From a virus (taxonomy: Duplodnaviria > Caudoviricetes): a stretch of DNA of 41,634 nt. A program made the translations under genes and the position numbers. Under the pieces are notes generated by a model. It had not been told where the DNA came from and did not search any database. It saw only the letters and a list, made by a program, of their open reading frames with translations. Every line of letters begins with the position of its first letter. Within the stretch, counting starts at the first letter, position 1. Of the stretch, positions 1 through 9,752 are shown one piece after another. The stretch spans positions 1-41,634 of IMG/VR virus record IMGVR_UViG_3300005805_000167. One strand, given 5' to 3'.

Positions 1-154
1 CAACACCTGAGGTAACACCAACTTCATCAGTTACAACAACGCCAACAGGAACTCCTGAAGTAACCACAACACCTGAGGTAACACCAACTTCATCAGTTAC
101 AACAACGCCAACAGGAACTCCTGAAGTAACCGCAACACCTGAGGTAACACCAAC
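1..154 (+). repeat. In-frame 66-bp (22-aa) tandem repeat, about 2.3 copies
   Basis: 1-66 and 67-132 are identical except for the last base; a partial third copy lies at 133-154 ([22 protein letters not shown]). Confidence 0.95.
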
Positions 155-2213
155 AAACACGCCAACTCTTACTGAAACTGTAACACCAACTGTAACAGAT
201 ACACCAACAAACACTCCAACAGGAACCCCTGAGGTCACTCCAAGTTTAACCACTACAGTTACACCAACTGTAACAGATACTCCAACTAATACTCCAACGG
301 GTACTCCTGTTGGAACACCAAGTGAAACTGCGACAAACACCCCAACAGTTACTGACACTCCAACTCAGACACCAACTTCAACGTCTTCACCAACGCCAAC
401 AATTAGTGAGACTCCAACACAAACGCCAACGTTGTCGGCAACAGTAACACCAACGATCACGGATACTCCAACAAACACTCCAACAGGAACACCTGTAGAA
501 ACACCAACGTCAACAGTTACGTCGACTGTAACACCAACAAATACCCCAACAAATACTCCAACATCCTCTGTTACACCATCAGTCACTGCGGAAGTAACAC
601 CAACGAATACACCAACTTCATCGGTTACCCCGACGAATACCCCAACAGAGACACCAACTGTTACGCCAACATTCACACCAACTTCATCGGTTACCCCGAC
701 GAATACCCCAACAGAAACACCAACTGTTACACCAACATTCACACCAACTTCATCAGTAACTCCAACAAATACACCAACAGAAACTTCGACAGTTACACCT
801 ACATACACACCTACATCTACCGTAACTCCATCAGTAACTCAAACACCGGCATCGACAACAACGCCAACTCAGACTCCTACAAGCACTGTAACACCTTCGG
901 TGACTCAGACACCAGCATCGACAACAACGCCGACTGAAACACCTACATCTACCGTAACTCCATCAGTAACTCAAACACCGGCATCTACGACAACACCAAC
1001 TAATACTCCAACACCATCAGTGACTGAAACACCTCCACCGACACCGGCTGTAACTTCAACTCCAACACTAACACCAACCGAAACATCACCAGTATATTAC
1101 TACATAGGTAATTTAATTTCGTGTTGTGATAATAAACAAACTGCGAATGTACAAATTAGGTCAGTCGGATTCACAATTTCTTTAAATGACACCGTTATTG
1201 TAAATATTGGTGATGGAAGACAATGTTATTTTGTTGAAGGTCTAACTCCAGGTGATACAGGAACTTATTTAGTGGATGAAGTTTTATCAGGAAACAATTG
1301 TGGAACGTCAACCTGTGACGCATACTGTCCAACACCAACACCAACAGTGACACCAACCAGAACTCCAACTCCGACTCCTACCGCAAGTAATACTCTAAAC
1401 TCAGTATTTGTTCAAGATAGTTGTTGTAATACACCAGGTCAGATATTCCAAATAACTTACTTGAATAGTCAGGCGAGTCAGATACCAAGTAGTGGTATTT
1501 GGGCGATATCAGGTCAGACTAGTTTGTCTCAGAAGTGTTACAATATAGTTGAACCACCAGAAGGTGAATATGTGACGGTATCATTTAATGGTGTATTCTT
1601 GGGTGTTGGTGAAACTAATAACCAACCATACCAAGATGGAGCAAATGCTTACGATGATTGTGGTGCTTGTGGAGGAGTTAGTGGTAACGGTTGTAAAGGT
1701 GGATCTACACCACCAGTAACACCGACAAACACCGCAACACCAAGTGTGACACCAACAAGAACATTTACACCGACACCAACTAGAACTCTAACTAGAACTC
1801 CGACTAAGACACCTACACAAACTAAAACACCAACACCTACTTCTTGTGTGACATCAACATACACCCACAACGTGACTGCTTGTCAAGTAAGTAGTACCAT
1901 TTGTACTAAAACCACAGGATTTATTAAAGTTAATGGTAGTACTATATACTCTTGGGGTACTTCGGCACCATCGGGAACTTATACTGGTAATTTCCAAATC
2001 AATCCTGGTGATGTGGTTCAAATTGAAGGAAACGCTATTACTCCACCACCAATATGTACGGGTAATGGTATATTCTTCTCTGAGTTGGAAATTGGTATAA
2101 GTGGTCCAGGTGTATCGTTCTACGATGAGGGTAACAATGGGTTTACAACAACATATACATTTACAGCAACCGGTTGTGGATACACATTCGTAGCTTCATC
2201 GTTTTGTAGTTAA
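3..2213 (+). CDS. Thr/Pro-repeat (mucin-like) protein with Cys-rich modules; probable virion fibre/decoration protein; 5'-truncated
   Basis: The frame of ORF 432..2213 is open from the window edge (aca cct gag gta = [16 protein letters not shown]...), so the TTG at 432 is not the real start. About 360 aa of T/P/S/V repeats are followed by two CC...CY...Cx(2-4)C...C modules separated by PT linkers and a C-terminal beta-rich domain. The virion role is inferred. Confidence 0.75.
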   Translation, partial: TPEVTPTSSVTTTPTGTPEVTTTPEVTPTSSVTTTPTGTPEVTATPEVTPTNTPTLTETVTPTVTDTPTNTPTGTPEVTPSLTTTVTPTVTDTPTNTPTGTPVGTPSETATNTPTVTDTPTQTPTSTSSPTPTISETPTQTPTLSATVTPTITDTPTNTPTGTPVETPTSTVTSTVTPTNTPTNTPTSSVTPSVTAEVTPTNTPTSSVTPTNTPTETPTVTPTFTPTSSVTPTNTPTETPTVTPTFTPTSSVTPTNTPTETSTVTPTYTPTSTVTPSVTQTPASTTTPTQTPTSTVTPSVTQTPASTTTPTETPTSTVTPSVTQTPASTTTPTNTPTPSVTETPPPTPAVTSTPTLTPTETSPVYYYIGNLISCCDNKQTANVQIRSVGFTISLNDTVIVNIGDGRQCYFVEGLTPGDTGTYLVDEVLSGNNCGTSTCDAYCPTPTPTVTPTRTPTPTPTASNTLNSVFVQDSCCNTPGQIFQITYLNSQASQIPSSGIWAISGQTSLSQKCYNIVEPPEGEYVTVSFNGVFLGVGETNNQPYQDGANAYDDCGACGGVSGNGCKGGSTPPVTPTNTATPSVTPTRTFTPTPTRTLTRTPTKTPTQTKTPTPTSCVTSTYTHNVTACQVSSTICTKTTGFIKVNGSTIYSWGTSAPSGTYTGNFQINPGDVVQIEGNAITPPPICTGNGIFFSELEIGISGPGVSFYDEGNNGFTTTYTFTATGCGYTFVASSFCS
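611..784 (+). repeat. In-frame 66-bp (22-aa) tandem repeat, about 2.6 copies
   Basis: accaacttcatc(g/a)gt recurs at 611, 677 and 743 ([22 protein letters not shown]). Confidence 0.95.
807..1004 (+). repeat. In-frame 66-bp (22-aa) tandem repeat, 3 copies
   Basis: [21 protein letters not shown](Q/E/N) at 807, 873 and 939. Copies 1 and 3 are near-identical in DNA; copy 2 is synonymously diverged. Confidence 0.95.
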
Positions 2214-2258
2214 TAGTTGAGGTCTTGGTGTCCATATTAAAACAAAGAAATCTGATCT

Positions 2259-2615
2259 ATGAAAAAATTAGTAAAATGGTTTTTATCGTTGTTCAAGAAA
2301 ACACCGAAGCCAACCCCAAGTAAAACACCCCAACCACCAAGACCAACCCCAAGTCCGTCTTCGGTTTTAACCACCATCTATTCATACAATGTGAATGGAC
2401 TGGAAGATGACATCAACGAAGTTTGTAACACAGGTGTGTTGACAATATTTTCAAAGTGTTCTAAGTTAGAGTTTGGTTGTTTTGTTTTTTCTGATTCAAA
2501 TTGCACCGAGTTTGAGACTTTAATAGGTAAACATTTTCATGATTATATGAATGATGTTGTCTACCAAGTTCAAGAAGATGGTATAATTATTAATCTTGGT
2601 AGATGTAATTCTTAA
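2259..2615 (+). CDS. Small protein with amphipathic N-terminus, Pro/Thr linker and Cys-rich domain
   Basis: MKKLVKWFLSLFKK, then TPKPTPSKTPQPPRPTPSPS, then an ~80-aa domain with 5 Cys. Confidence 0.75.
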   Translation: MKKLVKWFLSLFKKTPKPTPSKTPQPPRPTPSPSSVLTTIYSYNVNGLEDDINEVCNTGVLTIFSKCSKLEFGCFVFSDSNCTEFETLIGKHFHDYMNDVVYQVQEDGIIINLGRCNS

Positions 2616-2621
2616 TCTCTA

Positions 2622-2649
2622 TTCACAAAATTGTGATTTTTTATATTTT
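2622..2649 (+). promoter_or_regulatory. Possible promoter/operator of the glycan locus
   Basis: Inverted repeat TCACAA-aa-TTGTGA (2623-2636) followed by TATATTTT (2642-2649) in the only gap before the five-gene operon. Confidence 0.25.
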
Positions 2650-2669
2650 TCCTGAAAAAGAAGATTTTC

Positions 2670-3917
2670 ATGAAAATATTTGTTCAAATCGCGTCATATC
2701 GTGACCCCCAACTTATTCACACGATTAAGAATATGTTGGAAAACGCTAAGAGACCCAAAAACTTAAGAATCGGAGTTGCAAGACAGTTTCACCCTGATGA
2801 TAAATTTGACGATTTAACTGAGTACGAAAAAGATTCTCGGTTTCGTATCTTGAACATCCCACATGAAGAGGCTGAGGGTGTTTGTTGGGCGAGAAACTTA
2901 GTTCAACAACTTTACCAAGGAGAGGAATACACTCTTCAAATTGATTCACACATGCGTTTCGCACCAAATTGGGATGACGAAATGATTAAGATGGTCAAAC
3001 AACTTCAAAAGAAAGGTCATAAGAAACCTCTTTTGACTGGTTATGTATCATCATTTGATCCTGATAACGATCCCCAAGCAAGAATACAAGAACCCTGGAG
3101 AATGGTTTTTGATCGTTTTATCCCTGAAGGTGCTGTATTTTTCCTACCTGAAACGATTCCTGGTTGGAGGGATATGAAAGAACCAGTACCCGCTAGATTC
3201 TATTCAGCTCACTACGCATTTACACTAGGTCAGTTCTCCACCGAAGTTCAACACAATCCTGAGTATTATTTCCATGGTGAGGAAATTTCAATCGCAGCGA
3301 GAGCGTACACTTGGGGATACGATCTTTTTCACCCACACAAGGTTTTGATTTGGCACGAATACACACGTAAAGGAAGAACTAAACAATGGGATGACGACAA
3401 AAAATGGGTTGATAGAAATAACAAATCACACCTTTTAAATAGAAAACTATTTGGAATGGACGGTTTGGATCAGGAAGGTCACGATGGTCTATATGGATTT
3501 GGAGTTGAGAGAAGTTTAAGAGATTATGAAAAATACTCAGGACTCCTTTTTGAAAAAAGAGCGGTTCAACAATTCACACTTGACAAACATTACCCACCTA
3601 ACCCATACAACTATGAAACAGAAGAGGAGTGGAAGAAAAACTTTGCTTCGGTATTCAAACACTGTATTGACGTAAATTATGGATCTGTACCTGAGAAGGA
3701 TTATGAGTTTTGGGTGGTAGCATTCCACGGAGCAAATGATGAAACGTTGTTTAGAAAAGACGCTGACAAAGCTGAAATCGCACGTATAATGAATGATCCT
3801 GATGGTTATGGTAAAGTTTGGAGAGAGTTCCAAACCGAATCTAAACCGGCTTATTGGGTTGTTTGGCCTTTCTCAACGAGTAAAGGATGGTGTGAAAGAT
3901 TAACAGGTAATCTATAA
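2670..3917 (+). CDS. GT60-type polypeptide alpha-GlcNAc transferase (Skp1 Gnt1 / TcOGNT-like)
   Basis: Family motifs IFVQIASYRD, GVCWAR, LQIDSHMRF (DxH), FHGEE, R.YTWGYD.F.P and WHEY. Confidence 0.85.
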   Translation: MKIFVQIASYRDPQLIHTIKNMLENAKRPKNLRIGVARQFHPDDKFDDLTEYEKDSRFRILNIPHEEAEGVCWARNLVQQLYQGEEYTLQIDSHMRFAPNWDDEMIKMVKQLQKKGHKKPLLTGYVSSFDPDNDPQARIQEPWRMVFDRFIPEGAVFFLPETIPGWRDMKEPVPARFYSAHYAFTLGQFSTEVQHNPEYYFHGEEISIAARAYTWGYDLFHPHKVLIWHEYTRKGRTKQWDDDKKWVDRNNKSHLLNRKLFGMDGLDQEGHDGLYGFGVERSLRDYEKYSGLLFEKRAVQQFTLDKHYPPNPYNYETEEEWKKNFASVFKHCIDVNYGSVPEKDYEFWVVAFHGANDETLFRKDADKAEIARIMNDPDGYGKVWREFQTESKPAYWVVWPFSTSKGWCERLTGNL

Positions 3918-4507
3918 TGAACACAGTTTATTTTGTAGTATCGCCACCACGCACAGGGACTAAGTCCCTGTGTCGTATGGCACACGAATGTGGGTACAAA
4001 TTTAAACACGCACCAGTAACAACAGTGGAAAATAGATTAAATGATGGTCATAATTTCTTTGCTGACACACCTTGTTTTGTACCATCATTTATTGAAAAAA
4101 TTTGTGACCGAAAGGATATCAACCCTAAGTTCATCTATATAGATAAAGATTTCGGTGAAACTTTTGACTCATGGAAAAAAGTTAATCTTTATCTAAATTA
4201 TACACGTATGTATAACCAATACATGAATGAAGAACTTCGTGCGAATATGGCTTTGACAACTCGCACAGATTTTCTTTCACTTCACGAAACTTTTTCGGAA
4301 AATTTTATGGATGAAAACAACTACGAAAAACTGTTTGAAATTCATAAACAAAAAGTTTTATCAATAATAACAGAAAAAAATAAAGAAGTTTTAATATATA
4401 AATTAACAGATGGGTGGAAACCTTTTTGTAAATTTTTAGATTGTGAAATTCCAAACTCAGAAGTTCCCCATCTAAATATTAATACTATGTATGAACAAAT
4501 TATCTAA
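3917..4507 (+). CDS. Sulfotransferase-like protein (P-loop, Sulfotransfer_4 type)
   Basis: PPRTGTKSL (5'-PSB loop), DTP, and C-terminal DGWKPFCKFLDCEIP...PHLN. TAATG overlap with the upstream gene. Confidence 0.75.
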   Translation: MNTVYFVVSPPRTGTKSLCRMAHECGYKFKHAPVTTVENRLNDGHNFFADTPCFVPSFIEKICDRKDINPKFIYIDKDFGETFDSWKKVNLYLNYTRMYNQYMNEELRANMALTTRTDFLSLHETFSENFMDENNYEKLFEIHKQKVLSIITEKNKEVLIYKLTDGWKPFCKFLDCEIPNSEVPHLNINTMYEQII

Positions 4508-6081
4508 TGGCTAATATATCTTTTTATGGATCTCATAACTCCGCGGTTGCTGTGGAGGAAAACGGTAAACTACTTTGTGTAATTGAGGTTGAACGTTTTT
4601 TAAACGTTAAAAATGCGGGATACGCACAATACTTGGTTTCACATACAAGACCTTTTTTACTAAAGGAAATTGTTAAATGGGTTGAAAAAACTTATGGTAT
4701 TTATGAATATGAAAACTGTTATTTTCTAAACACTGATACAATCGAAGGTCCTAAAAAAGTTCACTACGAACAACTAATACCAGCAAAAAACTACGAACAA
4801 TTACTACATCATGGATCTCATGCTGCATGTGGTTTTTACCAAACCGATTATTCTGAAGCACTTATAGTTTCCTATGACGGAGGTGGTAACGATGGATTCT
4901 TCAATATTTACCATGCATCTGACAGAAATACTATAAATGAGGTTGCTCGTTTAGGTATTGATATGGGGTTTCCTTATATGTCTTTTGGTGACTACTTAAG
5001 CGATGTTAAGTTAGAACCCGCACTGAATATTGGTAATTTGGTGTATTCCGGTAAAATTATGGGATTATGTTCTTACGGTAATCTAAGAGAAGAGTGGTTA
5101 CAACCAATGAAAGATTATTATTTGGCAAAACCAGATGGAAATAACTATATTGAGTTATTAAAGATTTTGAGTGAAAAAACAGGATTGATCTTTGATAGAT
5201 CAAATCGTTTAGAAGGACAAACAGCTTGGGACTTGGCAAAAACATCTCAGATTGCCTTCGAAGAAATTACAATTAATCTAATCCAACCATATTTAAATCA
5301 ATACCCTAACTTACCATTGATCATGGTTGGTGGATGCGCCTTAAATATTTTGTTGAATACAAGATTAAAAGAAGAACTTGACAGACCTGTTTTTGTACCA
5401 CCAAATCCAAACGATTGTGGTATTGCCTCTGGTTTGTTACTGGCAAAAATGAAACCACAAAGTGCGGTTGATTTAACCTATGCAGGTATTCCTATTTTAG
5501 ATGATGACAACTTAATGTCTATTTTGGAACATCATTGGAACTCAATTCCTTTAGATGTGGATTATCTTGTAGAATACATTCGATCAGGTAAAATTGTTGG
5601 TGTAGTCCGTGGTACATCTGAACATGGACCAAGAGCTTTGGGAAATAGAAGTATTATCTGTGATCCCACTAAACCAGATATGAAAGATATTTTGAACCAA
5701 AAAGTAAAACATAGAGAATGGTATAGACCATTTGCACCTGTTGTTAGATTAGAGGATGTTTCAAAATATTTTGAATTTGAGGGTGAAAGTAGATGGATGG
5801 GATTCTGTCCTAAAGTTAGAGAAGAGTGGAGAGAAACGTTAGTTTCAATAACACACGTAGATGGTACAGCTAGAGTACAAACAGTAACTAAAGAACAAAA
5901 CCCGTGGTTATATGATTTACTAACTAAATTTGAAGAGAAATCAGGTGTTGGGGTATTATTGAATACCTCCTTCAACGTGGATGGGAAACCCATTTTATCA
6001 ACGTATAGAGACGCTTTAGAGGTGTTTCATAAGACAGAACTTGACGCATTAGTTCTTGAGGAATACATGATTAGAAAATGA
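4507..6081 (+). CDS. O-carbamoyltransferase, NodU/CmcH family
   Basis: Motifs HN, EVERF, HHGSHA, DGGG, GKIMGL, GGCALN, NDCG, EHGPRALGNRS, KHREWYRPFAP, HVDGTARVQTV and LLNTSFN. TAATG overlap. Confidence 0.95.
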   Translation: MANISFYGSHNSAVAVEENGKLLCVIEVERFLNVKNAGYAQYLVSHTRPFLLKEIVKWVEKTYGIYEYENCYFLNTDTIEGPKKVHYEQLIPAKNYEQLLHHGSHAACGFYQTDYSEALIVSYDGGGNDGFFNIYHASDRNTINEVARLGIDMGFPYMSFGDYLSDVKLEPALNIGNLVYSGKIMGLCSYGNLREEWLQPMKDYYLAKPDGNNYIELLKILSEKTGLIFDRSNRLEGQTAWDLAKTSQIAFEEITINLIQPYLNQYPNLPLIMVGGCALNILLNTRLKEELDRPVFVPPNPNDCGIASGLLLAKMKPQSAVDLTYAGIPILDDDNLMSILEHHWNSIPLDVDYLVEYIRSGKIVGVVRGTSEHGPRALGNRSIICDPTKPDMKDILNQKVKHREWYRPFAPVVRLEDVSKYFEFEGESRWMGFCPKVREEWRETLVSITHVDGTARVQTVTKEQNPWLYDLLTKFEEKSGVGVLLNTSFNVDGKPILSTYRDALEVFHKTELDALVLEEYMIRK

Positions 6082-6965
6082 AAACAAAATTAGTCACGGC
6101 TTTCTACACTGACGTAAAAGGGTTTCCTTATTTTGCTCACGAGTCATTTGCTCGTCACGAACGATATCTACATTCTTTGAGGACTATTGCAAACACAGGT
6201 TTAGACATAGTTGTTTATTGTAATGAAACACAATATGATTTGTTAATTGAACACTGTAGTAAATTTGAACTTTCTAATGTGGTTATTAAAGTTTCAAACT
6301 TAAAGGATTACCCCAAAAGTGAAAAAATGATTGATATAAAAACTCGTACAAATAACTTTTTATTTTATCATGAGATCGATTGGAATAAGTTTCATATCTT
6401 ATCTAAGGAGTATGATGAGACTTACGAGTACATTTATTGGATTGATATTGGACTTTCACATCCGGGTTTGTTTTTAGACAAATACAACCCACACCAAGAT
6501 AAATGTGATGGGATGTCAAGAACGTTCGAGTGTTACTCATATCTGAATTTATTTCAACCAACTCTGTTCCAAAAAATAAATTCATATATTGGTGATAAAC
6601 TTTTAAACTGTTCTAACACCATGTTTTCACACAATATGAGTGTTGCATCTAAGGTGGTCGGGAAACCTTACCAACAAAGAAGTATTTCTGTAGGTGGTAT
6701 TCTTGGTGGTCATATTTCAAAAATGAAATGGTTTTTATCTGAGTTCGAAACTTTAGGAGATCACATTTTAAACAATGATCATATTATTAATCACGAAGCG
6801 ATAATATCTTTTATTGTTCAAGATAAACCCGAAAACTTTAAAACGTTTGTATTTAACACTTGGTACCATGATGATTATTGGAAAAAAACACCTGTGTTTG
6901 ACAACGAATCAATAAAAAATTTAACGCACTTTGTGCACTTATTTGAAAAAGAACTTGATATATGA
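6078..6965 (+). CDS. HtrL/YibB (WlaTC)-like putative glycosyltransferase
   Basis: LVTAF, YWIDIG, VGGILGG and HEAII pattern, paralogous to the middle domain of the next gene. ATGA overlap. Confidence 0.6.
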   Translation: MKTKLVTAFYTDVKGFPYFAHESFARHERYLHSLRTIANTGLDIVVYCNETQYDLLIEHCSKFELSNVVIKVSNLKDYPKSEKMIDIKTRTNNFLFYHEIDWNKFHILSKEYDETYEYIYWIDIGLSHPGLFLDKYNPHQDKCDGMSRTFECYSYLNLFQPTLFQKINSYIGDKLLNCSNTMFSHNMSVASKVVGKPYQQRSISVGGILGGHISKMKWFLSEFETLGDHILNNDHIINHEAIISFIVQDKPENFKTFVFNTWYHDDYWKKTPVFDNESIKNLTHFVHLFEKELDI

Positions 6966-9337
6966 GTGATATTTTTGATAGAATTCTCCACGAGAAAGGT
7001 CGTAAAGGAGAAAAACTTTTTACAATAAACATCGGAGCCATGGATGGGTTGATGTTTGATGAACTCGCAGGTTATAGCGGTATGTACGATTTTTCGGGTT
7101 TATACGTGGAACCAATTCCATATCTATACGAAAGACTTAAAAACAACTTAAACAACGGGAAAAACATTTTTGAAAACGCGGCAATATCCGTTTATAACGG
7201 ATCAATACAAATGTTAACCATTGATCAGAGTGCGATAGATTCGGGTTCTGTACATCAATGTTTTTACGGTATGAGTGCTGTTTATCCACCAAAAAATGGT
7301 TTGGGTTCAGAAGGTGATAAAGAAGTTGTTGAAAAGTATGGAAAACTTGTTGATGTACCATGTATGACTTTGGAAAACTTATTTTCTAAACATAACATTA
7401 CAAATTTTGATGTTTTTAAACTTGATACTGAAGGTCATGATTTCAAAATATTTGATCAGTTGGATATTGAAAAATACCGTCCAATGTTGATTAGAATGGA
7501 ATGGGTGAATTTATCATTAGAAGAACAACAAACATCTTTAGAAAAATTATCTCAACACAAATATCATGTTGAGTTTGTTGGACAGGATCTAATTGCTTGT
7601 CCTCAAGAAATCTACAACGAGTTAGAGTCCCCCGTATTAGAGGTGAAAAAAGTTGAAGAAACCACAAAGAAAATTACTTTAGTAACAGGACTTTGGAACA
7701 TTAGAAGAGATTCTTTGACTGAGGGTTGGTCAAGAACTTTTGACCATTACCTTGAAAAATTTGAACAACTTCTACAAGTTGATAACCCAATGATAATTTA
7801 CGGTGACGAAGAACTACGTTCTTTTGTTATGGTTAGACGTAATCCTGAGAACACATTATTTGTTGCCCGTAGTCAAGATTGGTTTAAGAATGACTTCTAT
7901 GACAAAATACAAAAAATAAGAACAAGTGAAGATTGGTTAAATCAGTCGGGTTGGTTAAGAGATTCAACTCAAGCTAAACTAGACATGTACAATCCACTTG
8001 TTATGTCAAAAATGTTTTTACTACATGATGCTAAGTTAATGGATCCGTGGAACTCAGAACATTTGTTTTGGATTGATGCTGGATTAACAAACACAGTTCA
8101 TCCTGGTTATTTTACACACGATAAAGTTCTGGATAAACTTCCAAAATACATTAACAAGTTTTCATTTGTTTGTTTTCCCTATGAGGCAAACACCGAAATA
8201 CATGGATTTAGTTTTCCGAAAATAAATCAAATTACGGGTAATAAAGTTGAATTAGTTGGTAGAGGAGGATTTTTTGGTGGACCTAAGGACTCTATTGGGG
8301 ATATTAACGGAATATATTGGGGTCTTATGTCATCAACACTGTCTCAAGGATTAATGGGAACTGAGGAATCTCTCTTTTCTATTATGGTCTACAAACACGC
8401 AGATATGGTGGATTATTTTGAGATAGAAGGTAATGGTTTATTTGGTAAGTTTTTTGAAGATTTGAAAAACGACAGGTTAGTTAGAAAAAACAAACAAAAC
8501 TTAGTTCCTGTTAATGACGATCTGAAAAAAGAAAACGCCGCCTTGTACGTCATAACTTTTAACAGTCCAAAACAGTTTGAAACATTGATTAAGTCAATGT
8601 ATGCTTACGATGAAAACTTTGTTACGAAACCAAAAAAGTTTTTGTTGGACAACTCATCAGATTTAACAACAACCGAAAGGTACAAAGAGTTGTGTGTCGA
8701 ACATGGTTTTGAACACATTAAAAAGGACAATTTGGGTATCTGTGGTGGTAGACAATGGATTGCAGAACATGCTGATGAAAATGGTTTTGATTTTTACTTC
8801 TTCTTTGAAGATGATATGTTTTTCTTCCCCAAAAAAGGTGAGGTTTGTAGAAACGGATTCAATAGATATGTCCCTGACTTGTACAACTCAACAATAGAGA
8901 TTACCAAAAAACATCATTACGATTTCTTAAAATTCAACTATTCAGAGTTTTATGGTGACAATGGTGTTCAGTGGTCTTGGTATAATGTACCACAAGTTTA
9001 TCGTGAACAGAGATGGCCCGAAAAATCACAACTTCCAGTTCAAGGACAAGATCCAAACGCACCAAGAACTTTATTCAAACATATTAGAACTCATAAGGGT
9101 ATTCCATTTGTTGATGGTGAAATATACTACTGTAACTGGCCTCAAGTTGTAACCCGTCACGGAAACAAAAAAATGTTCTTAACTGAAAAGTGGGCTCACC
9201 CATTCGAACAAACTTGGATGAGTTACATGTACCAAGAAACCGCAAAAGGAAATCTAAATCCCGCAATGTTACTTCTAACACCAACAGAACATGATAGATT
9301 TGATTTCTACGACGGTAAGTTAAGAAAAGAGTCCTAA
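6962..9337 (+). CDS. Three-domain fusion: FkbM-family methyltransferase + HtrL/WlaTC-like domain + GT-A glycosyltransferase
   Basis: N-terminal NIGAMDG / VEP / KLDTEGHD (FkbM); middle LVTGLWNI / FWIDAG / GGFFGG / TEESLF; C-terminal VITFNSP / NLGICGGRQ / FFEDD. ATGA overlap. Confidence 0.75.
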   Translation: MSDIFDRILHEKGRKGEKLFTINIGAMDGLMFDELAGYSGMYDFSGLYVEPIPYLYERLKNNLNNGKNIFENAAISVYNGSIQMLTIDQSAIDSGSVHQCFYGMSAVYPPKNGLGSEGDKEVVEKYGKLVDVPCMTLENLFSKHNITNFDVFKLDTEGHDFKIFDQLDIEKYRPMLIRMEWVNLSLEEQQTSLEKLSQHKYHVEFVGQDLIACPQEIYNELESPVLEVKKVEETTKKITLVTGLWNIRRDSLTEGWSRTFDHYLEKFEQLLQVDNPMIIYGDEELRSFVMVRRNPENTLFVARSQDWFKNDFYDKIQKIRTSEDWLNQSGWLRDSTQAKLDMYNPLVMSKMFLLHDAKLMDPWNSEHLFWIDAGLTNTVHPGYFTHDKVLDKLPKYINKFSFVCFPYEANTEIHGFSFPKINQITGNKVELVGRGGFFGGPKDSIGDINGIYWGLMSSTLSQGLMGTEESLFSIMVYKHADMVDYFEIEGNGLFGKFFEDLKNDRLVRKNKQNLVPVNDDLKKENAALYVITFNSPKQFETLIKSMYAYDENFVTKPKKFLLDNSSDLTTTERYKELCVEHGFEHIKKDNLGICGGRQWIAEHADENGFDFYFFFEDDMFFFPKKGEVCRNGFNRYVPDLYNSTIEITKKHHYDFLKFNYSEFYGDNGVQWSWYNVPQVYREQRWPEKSQLPVQGQDPNAPRTLFKHIRTHKGIPFVDGEIYYCNWPQVVTRHGNKKMFLTEKWAHPFEQTWMSYMYQETAKGNLNPAMLLLTPTEHDRFDFYDGKLRKES

Positions 9338-9342
9338 CAAAG

Positions 9343-9349
9343 TATTTAT
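9343..9349 (+). promoter_or_regulatory. TATTTAT motif (putative late promoter)
   Basis: 6 nt upstream of ATG 9356; the motif recurs before structural genes. Confidence 0.55.
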
Positions 9350-9355
9350 CTTTGT

Positions 9356-9751
9356 ATGGAGTTTTTTATTAGAAAAAATGCGACTTTACCTGTTTTGAAA
9401 ATGCAGGTCGTTAAAGATGGTAGAGCTGGTTACCAAGAGTTAATGGAGACCTTGGAGCTCTCAACCATCTATTTTTCTATGATTAATGAGGCAACAGGTA
9501 TTGCCAAGATAGTTTCTTCACCCTGCTCGATAGTCAGTCTTATACAAGCAGACGGTGCACCGACTGAATATTACATTTATTATCAATTTACCTCAAGGGA
9601 CACAAACACACCTGGTAGGTATGTTGGTCAGTTCCTAATCAAACAAAGTGGTTTGTTAGGTACACAACAAGGTAATCTTATAGTCCCCATCAGAGAACAA
9701 CTTTATATCAACGTAGAGGATAGTTTCATCTCTGAATCTCCTTGTTGTTAA
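9356..9751 (+). CDS. BppU N-terminal-like domain protein (putative virion adaptor)
   Basis: FFIRKNATLP...YQFTSRDTNTPGRYVGQF...P pattern resembles BppU_N-type beta sandwiches. Confidence 0.5.
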   Translation: MEFFIRKNATLPVLKMQVVKDGRAGYQELMETLELSTIYFSMINEATGIAKIVSSPCSIVSLIQADGAPTEYYIYYQFTSRDTNTPGRYVGQFLIKQSGLLGTQQGNLIVPIREQLYINVEDSFISESPCC

Positions 9752-9752
9752 T

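Noticed and set aside
365-808. Minus-strand Val/Gly-rich ORF (also 1649..1870)
   Set aside because: Antisense shadow of ACN/CCN repeat codons in the Thr/Pro protein.
1-1004. 66-bp periodicity resembling a CRISPR repeat-spacer unit
   Set aside because: Whole units repeat with no unique spacers, stay in frame and vary synonymously; no cas genes are present.
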